DNA of 64,000 nt from Patescibacteria group bacterium (lineage in GTDB: Bacteria > Patescibacteriota > Patescibacteriia > UBA9934). The notes below the pieces were generated by a model, which was not told the DNA's origin, searched no databases, and worked only from the letters and a program-made list of their open reading frames with translations. Location of the stretch: positions 64,260 through 128,259 of the forward strand of contig JBAYHK010000002.1 of the NCBI GenBank assembly GCA_041666145.1, in the 5' to 3' direction. Positions 19,322-27,970 of this stretch are shown here, piece by piece; position 1 is the stretch's first letter; each line of letters opens with the position of its first letter. The translations under genes and the position numbers were made by a program.

Positions 19322-20617
19322 ATGTTTCTCTGCACCCACTGCGACGCACAATCACTGAAATGGGCGGGACGGTGTATTGAGTGTGGACAATGGGGCACGG
19401 TTGTCGATGAGGTACAAGCGCCGAGATCGGCGAATGGGAATGGAAAGAAGAAGTCGAAAAGCGCACCAGCGGCAACGCTCGATCTTGCCAATGCGACGTC
19501 GGCAAATCTTACGCGTCAGCTTACTGGAATTTCTGAACTTGATAGGGTGCTTGGTGGCGGACTTGTTCCAGGGTCGGTTACGCTTCTTGCTGGTGAACCT
19601 GGAATTGGAAAGTCAACGCTTGTTGCACAGCTCGCTGCAGGATTTCGGGCAAATGATAAAAAGGCGTATTACGCTTCTGGTGAAGAATCAGAAGGGCAAG
19701 TCCGACTTCGTTTTGAGCGACTGTGCTTAGACCCAAAGTCGGTTATCTTTTCGAATGCTACAGAAACAGGATCGATTATTGCTGCTGCAGAAAAGATAAA
19801 GCCGAGCATTGTTATTGTTGATTCAATTCAAACCATGATGACAGACGGCGCAGACTCTTTTCCTGGCACACCAACTGCGGTTCGCGCCGCAACTGCAGAG
19901 CTCATCGGCTACGCAAAAGCATCGAATGTGCCCGTACTCATCATCGGCCAAGTCACAAAAGATGGGGTCGTTGCTGGTCCAAAGACTCTTGAGCACCTTG
20001 TCGACACTGTCCTTACTCTTGAAGGCGACACTGCCGGAGCGTATCGACTGCTTCGTGCAAGCAAACATCGATTTGGAAGCATTGAAGAGGTTGGCGTGTT
20101 TGCAATGAGTGAAAAAGGCATGACACCAGTCGAAAATCCTTCTGCAATGTTTTTACAAGAACGAGTTGTTGCGCCAGGATCTGTAGTCACATGCATCATG
20201 GAAGGCAACAGGCCGTTTCTCGTAGAAATCCAAGCGCTCGTGGATAAAAGCTTTTTTCCAAATCCTGTGCGCCGAACGAGTGGATATGACGCCGGACGGC
20301 TACAAATGCTCCTTGCCATTTTGAGCAAACGAGCAAACGTTCGTGTGTACGATCAAGATGTTTACGTGAACATCGTCGGCGGCATGAAACTCACCGAACC
20401 TTCTGCAGATCTTGCAGTTGCTGCAGCGATTATTTCCGCAATAGAAAATGTTGCATTCTCAAAAGACACACTCATCATTGGCGAGCTTGGACTTGGAGGT
20501 GAAGTGCGATCAGTTCCGTTCATCGAACGCAGAAAAAAAGAGGCGGAACGACTGGGATTTGGAACGATCGTTGGCCCTGGATCAATAAAGAATGTGCAGG
20601 AGCTGCGGAAATCGTAA
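19322..20617 (+). CDS. radA: DNA repair protein RadA (Sms)
   Basis: N-terminal CxxC…CxxC zinc finger, RecA-like Walker A GEPGIGKST, KNRFG motif, C-terminal Lon-like domain. ATG at 19322. Confidence 0.9.
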   Translation: MFLCTHCDAQSLKWAGRCIECGQWGTVVDEVQAPRSANGNGKKKSKSAPAATLDLANATSANLTRQLTGISELDRVLGGGLVPGSVTLLAGEPGIGKSTLVAQLAAGFRANDKKAYYASGEESEGQVRLRFERLCLDPKSVIFSNATETGSIIAAAEKIKPSIVIVDSIQTMMTDGADSFPGTPTAVRAATAELIGYAKASNVPVLIIGQVTKDGVVAGPKTLEHLVDTVLTLEGDTAGAYRLLRASKHRFGSIEEVGVFAMSEKGMTPVENPSAMFLQERVVAPGSVVTCIMEGNRPFLVEIQALVDKSFFPNPVRRTSGYDAGRLQMLLAILSKRANVRVYDQDVYVNIVGGMKLTEPSADLAVAAAIISAIENVAFSKDTLIIGELGLGGEVRSVPFIERRKKEAERLGFGTIVGPGSIKNVQELRKS

Positions 20618-20632
20618 TCGAATCATAATAGA

Positions 20633-20662
20633 AAAATCCCGAGCATGAATGCTCGGGATTTT
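20633..20662. terminator. Bidirectional Rho-independent terminator between radA (+) and the coiled-coil gene (-)
   Basis: aaaaTCCCGAGCAtgaaTGCTCGGGAtttt. Confidence 0.6.
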
Positions 20663-20668
20663 TGTTAC

Positions 20669-21061
20669 TTATGCAATTCTCGCCCAACGTTCCAGTCGGC
20701 TCACGCGTCGATCAAGAACATCGATCTGCGGAAGAACACCTGCGTTGATGACATCGATAATGTCATCACGAACCTGATAAAGCTCTCCATGCATCTTCGT
20801 GAAGATCTCATCACGAAGCTGAAAAATTTCACTGTGCATCTTTTCAAAGATCTCATCACGAAACCCGACAAACTTATTATCAACGATCTCAAGAATCTCC
20901 TCACGAAATATGCCAAACTTCTGATCTAGTTTCTGGTCCAATTTCTGGTCCAGCTTCTGCTCGAGCTTTTGCTCAAGTTTCTGCTCGAGACGTTGCTCTA
21001 TGCGCACATCCTGCTCTGCAAACATGTCTTGTAACACCTGAATATCTTTGGCATCAAGCAT
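20669..21061 (-). CDS. Small coiled-coil repeat protein (EQKL/DQKL tetrapeptide repeats plus three longer FRDEIF…KMH repeats)
   Basis: ATG at 21061 (MLDAKDIQ…). Internal QKLEQKLEQKLEQKLDQKLDQKLDQK encoded by 12-nt tandem repeats. Shares an (I/F)RDE(I/V)(H/F) motif with the two paralogs at 55954 and 56956. Confidence 0.6.
   Translation of the reverse strand: MLDAKDIQVLQDMFAEQDVRIEQRLEQKLEQKLEQKLDQKLDQKLDQKFGIFREEILEIVDNKFVGFRDEIFEKMHSEIFQLRDEIFTKMHGELYQVRDDIIDVINAGVLPQIDVLDRRVSRLERWARIA
20921..20998. repeat. 12-nt tandem DNA repeat (about 6.5 copies) inside the coiled-coil gene
   Basis: ttctggtccaat/ttctggtccagc/ttctgctcgagc/ttttgctcaagt/ttctgctcgaga…. Confidence 0.7.
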
Positions 21062-21200
21062 ATATTTTGATGCTATGCGAACCACCGCCGTCTCCCCTCA
21101 CGTGCGTGTCGCTGGAATGAATCCGTAACCGTGGAGATGGTTCGAATGTAACATGAAAAGTTTTTATGAGCCAACAGCATTTTTACTCCGTAAAAAGCAT

Positions 21201-23285
21201 CTATTCGAAGTGCACCGCGTCAACATATTCTACTAAGCGAGCACGAAGATCTGGGTATGCCAGAAGATCTGGACTCTCATCAAGAAGCTCCTTCGCGAAA
21301 TCTTTTGCAAAGCCCATAAGATCAATATCACCCATAGTGCCGAGCTTGAACTGGTCAAAACCGGACTGTTCTGTTCCGAAAATATTTCCCGCACCTCTCA
21401 GTTGCAAATCTTTTTCCGCAAGGTCAAAACCGTCTTGACTGTCAACGACCGCCTGCAATCGCATTCGTGCGATCTCCCCCAAAATTCCAGTCGGATGCAA
21501 GAAACAATGGCTTTGATATGCGCCACGTCCAACACGACCGCGAAGCTGGTGAAGCTGTGCCAAACCAAAACGCTCTGCACCTTCCACATACATCACGCTC
21601 GCATTCTGCACATCCACGCCAACCTCGACTACAGTGGTAGAAATAAGCATATCTGCTTCCCCACCGGCGAATGCGCGCATGACGTCATCCTTTTCTTTGG
21701 TCTTCATTCTCCCGTGCAACATGAGCACGCGATAATCTTTAAACGGACCGGTTACGAATTCTTTATGAACATCATGAACCGAATTTGCTCCTAACGCGTC
21801 AGACTCTTCAATTAAAGGACAAACAACGAAAATCTGACGCCCCTGATCCATCTGCTCACGCATGGCTGCATAAATCGGCGTCTCTTTGCCAGGCTCTACG
21901 ATTGTGGTGTGAATCGGTTTTCGACCAGCTGGATACTCATCTAAAATCGAACGATCAAGGTCGCCATACAACACGAGCGCTAATGATCGCGGAATCGGCG
22001 TAGCGGTCATCGAGAGAAGATGCGGAACACCGTCTTGTTCGTCACGCTTATCCTTTAGTGCCTGACGCTGTCGCACGCCAAAGCGATGTTGCTCATCAAC
22101 AACAATGAGACCAAGACGATCGAATAAAACATCCTGAGTTAACAGAGCATGTGTTCCAACGACAAGTTGTGCTGCACCATTTCGAAGTGCCGAAAGAAGC
22201 TGCGCCTTAGTAACTTCCTTTCCGCCGACACGTCGCTTTGTTCGCGTATAAAGCGCAATAGTCAATCTGTCACCGAAAAGCTTCTGCAATGTTTGCGCGT
22301 GCTGTTCTGCAAGAATTTCTGTTGGCGCAAGCATTGCGGTTTGCCAACCGTCTTTTGCTGCATTCAAGGCGACGACCGCGGCGACGACCGTTTTTCCGCT
22401 TCCCACGTCACCCTCAAGCAACCGGTTCATTGGCTCTGGACGATTCATGTCTTTAATAATCGCCCAAATCGCCTTCTTCTGCGCACCAGTCAACGTAAAC
22501 GGCAATTTTTTTACAACATCACGAACAATCTCTTCAAAAAATGGAATCTTTGGCGCCTTTTGCTGCTTAAGTTCACGACGACTTTTTGCGGCAAGAAGCT
22601 GATGCAGGAAAAACTCATCAAACTTCAATCGACGAAGCGCAACGTCTTTTGCCTCTTCTGACCGCGGAAAGTGCATTTCCGTAATTGCTTCTGGCAACCC
22701 AATCAAATCTACTTCGTTCAAAATACGCCCAGGCATCCAATCCTCGACCTCTTTTACTGTCGAAAGTGCAGCTTCTGCCACCTTTCGTCGAAGCTTTTGA
22801 GTAAGCGCGCCAGTCAACCGATAAATCGGAACAATCCGACCAGTATGTTTTGTAACGTCGGCCTTTCCAAGAATCTCATACACCGGGTTCACCAAAGAAA
22901 GCCCATATCGATCGTCTACTTTTCCAGCTAATGAAACAACCTGACCAGGCTTAAGAACTCGTTTCAAAAATCCTTGATGAAACCAAACCGCCTTAATCGT
23001 TCCAGTGCTGTCTTGCACAAGGGCTTCAGTCACCATCATGCGTAAAGCCTTTTGACTACGACGATTTTCAATTGCCGTAACGGTTCCTTGCACGGTTACT
23101 TTTGCGCCCGGCTTTGCGTCAACAATCGGCACAGCATGCGACAAATCGTCATACCGAAAAGGAAAATCAAAAAGCGCATCTTGCAATGAAGCAACGCCAA
23201 TTCGAACAAAATCTTTTGCCTTTGTTGCGCCAATCCCCGCAATGCTCCCAACAGAATCTTTGAGATGAAATGTCATACGATTCAA
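21201..23285 (-). CDS. recG: ATP-dependent DNA helicase RecG
   Basis: N-terminal wedge/OB domain, Walker A GDVGSGKT, DEQHRFG (DEAH-like), C-terminal helicase motifs. 694 aa. Confidence 0.93.
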   Translation of the reverse strand: MNRMTFHLKDSVGSIAGIGATKAKDFVRIGVASLQDALFDFPFRYDDLSHAVPIVDAKPGAKVTVQGTVTAIENRRSQKALRMMVTEALVQDSTGTIKAVWFHQGFLKRVLKPGQVVSLAGKVDDRYGLSLVNPVYEILGKADVTKHTGRIVPIYRLTGALTQKLRRKVAEAALSTVKEVEDWMPGRILNEVDLIGLPEAITEMHFPRSEEAKDVALRRLKFDEFFLHQLLAAKSRRELKQQKAPKIPFFEEIVRDVVKKLPFTLTGAQKKAIWAIIKDMNRPEPMNRLLEGDVGSGKTVVAAVVALNAAKDGWQTAMLAPTEILAEQHAQTLQKLFGDRLTIALYTRTKRRVGGKEVTKAQLLSALRNGAAQLVVGTHALLTQDVLFDRLGLIVVDEQHRFGVRQRQALKDKRDEQDGVPHLLSMTATPIPRSLALVLYGDLDRSILDEYPAGRKPIHTTIVEPGKETPIYAAMREQMDQGRQIFVVCPLIEESDALGANSVHDVHKEFVTGPFKDYRVLMLHGRMKTKEKDDVMRAFAGGEADMLISTTVVEVGVDVQNASVMYVEGAERFGLAQLHQLRGRVGRGAYQSHCFLHPTGILGEIARMRLQAVVDSQDGFDLAEKDLQLRGAGNIFGTEQSGFDQFKLGTMGDIDLMGFAKDFAKELLDESPDLLAYPDLRARLVEYVDAVHFE

Positions 23286-23423
23286 CGGAGTCTACCAGAA
23301 TGACGGGAAAAAGCAATGACGAAATGCCAGCCAAGGCTGTACAAAAATCAAGAAAAAGGCTATCCTAGTTCGTCGTCATCCGGCGACCGAGACAGTCTCG
23401 TTTCACTTCCGATGGAGCACGCA

Positions 23424-23999
23424 ATGTTCTTTTCTATCCTCCTGGTTTCTCTTCTCTTTCATTCCGCCGATGCAGCAGATAGTCAACTTCAGCCGCAAGT
23501 TGCGGTGAGCGCGCAAGGCAGCCACGAACTGAGAAAGGACGTCACCCTTCGCGGCTCCGGCCACGCCTTCTGGGTTCCTCAGGAAGCCGGCACCGATGAC
23601 GCTGTCATCGGCATGGTCTACGTCGGACCAAAGTTCATGATGAATGATCACTATTCGATCGCGCCCCAGCTCGGTGCCATCGTGAACTGGACCGGCGAAG
23701 GCGATGTCATGCCGATCGTCTCCGCGTGGAACTGGATCGATGTCAAGCACTTTCACGCCTTCATCGAGGCTGAAATCTATCCGAACTTCACAACCGGCGA
23801 CGTCGTCTACTACGGATTCTACGGTCTCGACTACGACCGCCTCCGACTCGTGTGGATTGGCGTGCATCTCGAACAAGTCGGAACGGGCTTGAACGTCGGA
23901 CCCCACATCGGAATCCCGCTCGGAAATGTGCAGGTTCAGGTGAACTACCACAGAGGCCAGGATGGTTCTGACACCATCCGTCTCGGTTTCAACCTCTAA
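23424..23999 (+). CDS. Secreted hypothetical protein, GC-rich (~58%), beta-rich
   Basis: Signal-peptide-like MFFSILLVSLLFHSADA. GGAG lies 6 nt before the ATG at 23424. Alternative starts at 23412 or 23316. Composition differs from its neighbours. Confidence 0.55.
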   Translation: MFFSILLVSLLFHSADAADSQLQPQVAVSAQGSHELRKDVTLRGSGHAFWVPQEAGTDDAVIGMVYVGPKFMMNDHYSIAPQLGAIVNWTGEGDVMPIVSAWNWIDVKHFHAFIEAEIYPNFTTGDVVYYGFYGLDYDRLRLVWIGVHLEQVGTGLNVGPHIGIPLGNVQVQVNYHRGQDGSDTIRLGFNL

Positions 24000-24003
24000 C
24001 GCG

Positions 24004-24053
24004 ACCCCGCCCGCAGAACGATCCCGCTCGTTCACGGCGGGGTCTTTTGTTTG
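24004..24053 (+). terminator. Rho-independent terminator (9-bp GC stem GACCCCGCC/GGCGGGGTC plus T-tract)
   Basis: read directly from the sequence. Confidence 0.6.
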
Positions 24054-24159
24054 AATGAAAACAAACTTGGTTAGCCGCTAACTAAGTTAGTGGTTCGAAA
24101 AGACCTACGAATAAAGACGAAAATAAAACCGCTTTATTCGCGACGAATTTCGGCGCACG

Positions 24160-24236
24160 TCAAGCAAAGTCCGCGAAACGTACTTCTTGGTACGTTGAGG
24201 AAGTTTCCGATAATCGGAGTCGAAATAGAAAAACGT
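24160..24236. repeat. Copy A of a ~95-bp repeat family (core gtacgttgaggaagtttcYgaWaatcggagtcgaaa…)
   Basis: Near-identical 45-bp core with copy B; more diverged copy C at 25405-25500. Confidence 0.6.
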
Positions 24237-24307
24237 GAAGAATTATAAAACGTCGTCATTTGTGACAAGTTTGGTTGAAAAGCCGAACGAAAAACATCGT
24301 AATTTTA

Positions 24308-24405
24308 GGCTAGTTTCGATGACGATTGAAGAAATCTTCCAAGACGTACCAGATGTACGTTGAGGAAGTTTCTGAAAATCGGAGTCGAAAATAGACAAAA
24401 TTACG
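24308..24405. repeat. Copy B of the ~95-bp repeat family, abutting the 3' end of tRNA-Arg
   Basis: ggctagtttcgatgacgat…gtacgttgaggaagtttctgaaaatcggagtcgaaaatagacaaaa. Confidence 0.6.
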
Positions 24406-24414
24406 ATGTTTTTC

Positions 24415-24491
24415 TGGTGCGCCCGGCACGACTCGAACGTACGACCCTCAGCTCCGCAAGCTGATGCTCTATCCAACTGAGCTACGGGCGC
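24415..24491 (-). tRNA. tRNA-Arg (anticodon GCG), CCA encoded
   Basis: Hand fold: GCGCCCG acceptor, D-arm GCTC/GAGC, anticodon loop TTGCGGA, T-arm GTACG-TTCGAGT-CGTGC, ACCA tail. Confidence 0.85.
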
Positions 24492-24769
24492 ACAAAATGT
24501 ATCCAAGTTGGTTTACTACAGCGTCGCTGCTGCGACCCTCGCTCGCCGTACAAATGAAGTACGGCTCGCTGCGGGTCTTGCAGCTCCTTGTATTAAACCA
24601 ACTTAATACATTTTGTACTCTTCACGTTATGATGAAAAATCATCTCTGTACTTGATTCGATATGAAAATCGATCTTGTCGCAGACGAAATCTCAGAGTGA
24701 AGGGACTTGTTTCGTTTCTTTTTGCGGATTCTGGCAGGGACCAAAAAAACAAAAAACGTTACAAAATAC

Positions 24770-25297
24770 TCACATTTTATACACGCGACGAAGCACATCT
24801 GTCAAACTCTCCCCTTCTCGCTCAAGGTTTTCAAAAATAAAAGGTAAAAGGATCTGTCGCACCTCATTTGGATTCAACTCCTCAAGCGCAACAGAAAGCA
24901 TTGGCTGAAAAGTCCCATGAAACGATAAATACAAATTGTTCACTGTTGGAGGGTCGTACGACAACGAAAAATCTCGAATATCTTCAAATGCAAAAAACTG
25001 ATCACCAAAAACAAAGCCCTTTGACGTAATATGAACGGAAACTCGATTAGGTTTCTTGAGATCTTGAATGAGCGTGATGATTGCGAACATGAGAACGATG
25101 ACTCCGAAAATGAAGTTCGCAGTAAAAACTGCATACAAAATAAGAAATAAACCAACAACAGAAGCGGCGATATACCAACGCTTTGAACGTTCAACAATGG
25201 GAAACTCCCAAGATTCCCAACTCATCATGGGTACTCCAGCATCAATAACTTCTTCGTCAGTCTGTTCGACTTCTTGATTTTCATTTTGCGTTGACAT
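24770..25297 (-). CDS. Hypothetical membrane protein (two TM helices followed by a PH-like soluble domain)
   Basis: ATG at 25297 (MSTQNENQEV…); track start 25441 is further upstream. Hydrophobic segments WYIAASVVGLFLILYAVF and FIFGVIVLMFAIITLI. Confidence 0.55.
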   Translation of the reverse strand: MSTQNENQEVEQTDEEVIDAGVPMMSWESWEFPIVERSKRWYIAASVVGLFLILYAVFTANFIFGVIVLMFAIITLIQDLKKPNRVSVHITSKGFVFGDQFFAFEDIRDFSLSYDPPTVNNLYLSFHGTFQPMLSVALEELNPNEVRQILLPFIFENLEREGESLTDVLRRVYKM

Positions 25298-25404
25298 GCC
25301 ACGAGTATACCACCGGCAATAACACCTAAAATTGCCATTCTCCCAAATTTGCGATAATCTATTCGCGCACTTAAACAAGAAAAGAAGAGAACGTTCTCGG
25401 TTTC

Positions 25405-25500
25405 GGCCAGTTTCGACGCGCGACGATAATTGGGTTATCAAGGCGTACCCAAATGTACGCCGTCAACACAATTGAGGAGCAAGTCGAAAATGGACAAACC
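25405..25500. repeat. Copy C (diverged) of the ~95-bp repeat family, immediately upstream of tRNA-Ser
   Basis: ggccagtttcgacgcgcgacgat…atgtacgcc…ttgaggagcaagtcgaaaatggacaaa aligns with copies A and B. Confidence 0.5.
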
Positions 25501-25515
25501 GAGGACGTTCTCTAT

Positions 25516-25605
25516 GGAGAGGTGGCCGAGTGGTCGAAGGCACCACACTGCTAACGTGGCAGGGGGTAAAACCCCTCGAGAGTTCGAATCTCTCCCTCTC
25601 CGCCA
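25516..25605 (+). tRNA. tRNA-Ser (anticodon GCU), long variable arm, CCA encoded
   Basis: Hand fold: GGAGAGG acceptor, anticodon loop CTGCTAA, long variable stem-loop CAGGGGGTAAAACCCCTCGAG, T-arm GAGAG-TTCGAAT-CTCTC, GCCA end. Confidence 0.85.
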
Positions 25606-25641
25606 TCCCCCGTCGCCCGACTTTGTCGGGCTATGGGGGAT
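25606..25641 (+). terminator. Nested hairpin directly after tRNA-Ser (ATCCCCC…GCCCGAC ttt GTCGGGC…GGGGGAT)
   Basis: read directly from the sequence. Confidence 0.5.
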
Positions 25642-25705
25642 GATCCCCCGAAGCTCCGAGCACGAACAAAAAACGAAAAATTTAGTTCATAGGGCTTTAA
25701 ATTTT

Positions 25706-26419
25706 ATGACTCAATTAAACTATCTTTTGGATACCCATCTCTTTGAATCAGAATCTGTCTTTTTAGAAATTAAGGAAAACGGAAAAGGCAAAGCTGTTAT
25801 TTTAGATGAAACAATTTTTTACCCGCAAGGCGGTGGTCAACCGGCTGATCAGGGGACAATAAGTGATGGTCAAGCAGTTTTTAACGTAAATGATGTCAGG
25901 ATCGATGAAGAAGGAGTGGTTTGGCATTACGGATATTTTGATGGTTCAGAATTTAAAAAAGGAGCAAAAGTTCGTCTAACGCTTGATGTCGAAAGAAGAC
26001 TACTAAATTCAAAATTACATTCAGCTGGACATCTTATTGATTGCGCCATTGAAAAAATGGGGCTTTTAGAAAAATTACCGCCAGGAAAGGCCTTTCAATT
26101 TCCACCGACACCCTATATTGAATATGACGGCGTCGTGGAGGATCTTTCTGATCGAACCGTTGAAATACAAAAAATTGTAGACGAATTTATTTCTAAAAAT
26201 ATCCCAGTTAAAGCCGAGATAATAACCCCAGAAGATGCTCAAAATCGTGGTATTTATGCTCCTAAAGGTAAACCGGCTCGCATCGTTACCTTTGAAGGAT
26301 TTTTGGATTCTGGCTGTGGGGGAACACACGTAAGTAATTCGTCCGAAATTGGAAAAATTGAAATTTCAAAAATTAAAATAAAAGATGGAAAAACTAAAAT
26401 TTATTTTTTGGTTAATTAA
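25706..26419 (+). CDS. alaX: AlaX-type tRNA editing protein (alanyl-tRNA synthetase second additional/editing domain homolog)
   Basis: HSAGHL (HxxxH) and CGGTHV (CxxxH) zinc motifs typical of the AlaRS/ThrRS editing domain. 237 aa. AT-rich gene (~35% GC). ATG at 25706. Confidence 0.8.
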   Translation: MTQLNYLLDTHLFESESVFLEIKENGKGKAVILDETIFYPQGGGQPADQGTISDGQAVFNVNDVRIDEEGVVWHYGYFDGSEFKKGAKVRLTLDVERRLLNSKLHSAGHLIDCAIEKMGLLEKLPPGKAFQFPPTPYIEYDGVVEDLSDRTVEIQKIVDEFISKNIPVKAEIITPEDAQNRGIYAPKGKPARIVTFEGFLDSGCGGTHVSNSSEIGKIEISKIKIKDGKTKIYFLVN

Positions 26420-26571
26420 TGAAGTTTTGTCTATATAAAATAAAACAACTTGTTTCCTAGACTTGACCCACCCGCCTCAAATTTGGCATTGAACAAATCT
26501 CTCAAAATTCTCGATAACATATTCACACGATGTACTGAACGTGTACACACCATCACATAAAAGCAACCCAC

Positions 26572-27015
26572 ATGGTCGCTTTTATGCTAAAAATAAGTAT
26601 GTACATATTCAAAACGCTGATAACGAAATCAGGAATTGAGGGATCTGGTGTTTTTGCAGATCAAGACATTCCAAAAGAAAGTATCGTTTGGAAATTCGAT
26701 CCTGATCATGATCTAACGCTATCTCTTGAAGATTTCGAAAAACTTAGTCCAGGGATAAAGGCGGAAGTTCGTAAGGTCGGATACGCCTCACCAACATCTG
26801 GTCGGTGGGTCTATCCACCAAAAAATGACCCAGCTCGCTACACGAATCACTCCGAGACTTCAAACAACCTTTCCGTAGTGCTCGATCCTAACATTTCAAA
26901 TGAACCATTCTTCACAGCGAATAAAGAAATCGCGAAGGGTACGGAGCTTACCGTAAACTACAAAGAGTTTGACGATTCCATAAAGCATGCGATACCAGAC
27001 TGGATGCAGCAATAG
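26572..27015 (+). CDS. SET-domain protein (putative protein-lysine methyltransferase)
   Basis: GSGVFA Gly-rich N-motif, YTNHSETSNN (NHSxxxN-like) and ELTVNY (ELxxxY) SET signatures. 147 aa. AT-rich; start uncertain (no SD). Confidence 0.7.
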   Translation: MVAFMLKISMYIFKTLITKSGIEGSGVFADQDIPKESIVWKFDPDHDLTLSLEDFEKLSPGIKAEVRKVGYASPTSGRWVYPPKNDPARYTNHSETSNNLSVVLDPNISNEPFFTANKEIAKGTELTVNYKEFDDSIKHAIPDWMQQ

Positions 27016-27115
27016 CGCCCCGACCCACACGCCTTAAAACCGTAAAACCAAAGTCGTTGAAAACCACTTCAAAGATCCTCGCAATCTCGGCACTAAACCC
27101 ACTAGTCCCGCCATA

Positions 27116-27144
27116 AAAATACAACCCTGATAGGTTGTATTTTA
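27116..27144. terminator. Bidirectional terminator between the SET gene (+) and the last gene of the znu operon (-)
   Basis: AAAATACAACCctgatagGGTTGTATTTT. Confidence 0.6.
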
Positions 27145-27194
27145 TGGTGTAATAAAGCTCAAAAAAACAAAATTAGTCCAAATGCAAATCTTTT

Positions 27195-27932
27195 CTATTC
27201 CTCCAGAGTCCCGTCATCCCTCACAACATATACAGGCAAACCTTTCGCCAGTCTGTCTAACGTTACATCAAGTTGTCTTTGCGCAGACTTCTGAATACAT
27301 TGATACAACTCATCGGAATCTACCGATAATCCTTCCGCGAGTACTCTTGAAAGAATCGCCAAAACGTCCACCCATGCTGCTTTATGAAAAACGAACACTT
27401 GCACACCGTTAGAACCAGTGCCAGGAAGTGCCACCCCCACTGGAACAATGAATACTGCACTTTCTGAATGAACACCGGTAAGTATTTCTGTCTTCAATCC
27501 AAAACGATCTATCTCCAGCCTAAGTTGTAATACATATTTATCAATTCCGTATCTTTCTGGCTCAGCAAGAGCACCGGCGCAATGACCACATCCTGCGCAT
27601 GGCAAAGAGTCATGAGTATGATCATCCGTGTGATACGTCATGACAGGAAACACAGTGCTTACAGCCTTTTGTACCAAATCAAAATCTGGTAATGGACGTT
27701 GTGTTTGTTTGGCCCACGCCTCTACACCAGCAAGAACTGCAAAAAGAAAACCCAACGTTCCCCCAGGAGCTGCATAACGATGGTCAGGTCCAACTACACG
27801 TCCATCCACACATCGCCAGCCATCAACATCAATAATTAAAAACCGATTCTCTGGAGCTAAAATCTCACAATTCTCCTGCAGAAAAAGAATGGCATCTTCA
27901 TAACTCATGCATCTTCGGTCAACTGTATCCAT
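27195..27932 (-). CDS. Uncharacterized His/Cys-rich putative metal-binding protein; last gene of the zur-znuACB operon
   Basis: 245 aa; motif YHTDDHTHDSLPCAGCGHCAG and IIDVDGW. Same strand as znuB, 38 nt downstream of it. Confidence 0.55.
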   Translation of the reverse strand: MDTVDRRCMSYEDAILFLQENCEILAPENRFLIIDVDGWRCVDGRVVGPDHRYAAPGGTLGFLFAVLAGVEAWAKQTQRPLPDFDLVQKAVSTVFPVMTYHTDDHTHDSLPCAGCGHCAGALAEPERYGIDKYVLQLRLEIDRFGLKTEILTGVHSESAVFIVPVGVALPGTGSNGVQVFVFHKAAWVDVLAILSRVLAEGLSVDSDELYQCIQKSAQRQLDVTLDRLAKGLPVYVVRDDGTLEE

Positions 27933-27970
27933 ATCGAAAAACTCCTTTAATGAATCTCACGTGTCACTCC

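Noticed and set aside
21062-21200. Possible tRNA fragment (…GGAGATGGTTCGAATGTAAC…) between the coiled-coil gene and recG
   Set aside because: The GGTTCGAAT T-loop-like heptamer lacks a complementary T-stem and acceptor stem. Probably chance.
23403-24035. 210-aa minus-strand ORF antisense to the GC-rich secreted-protein gene
   Set aside because: GC-rich shadow ORF. The plus-strand frame has a signal peptide and SD; the minus translation is Arg/Val/Asp-rich junk.
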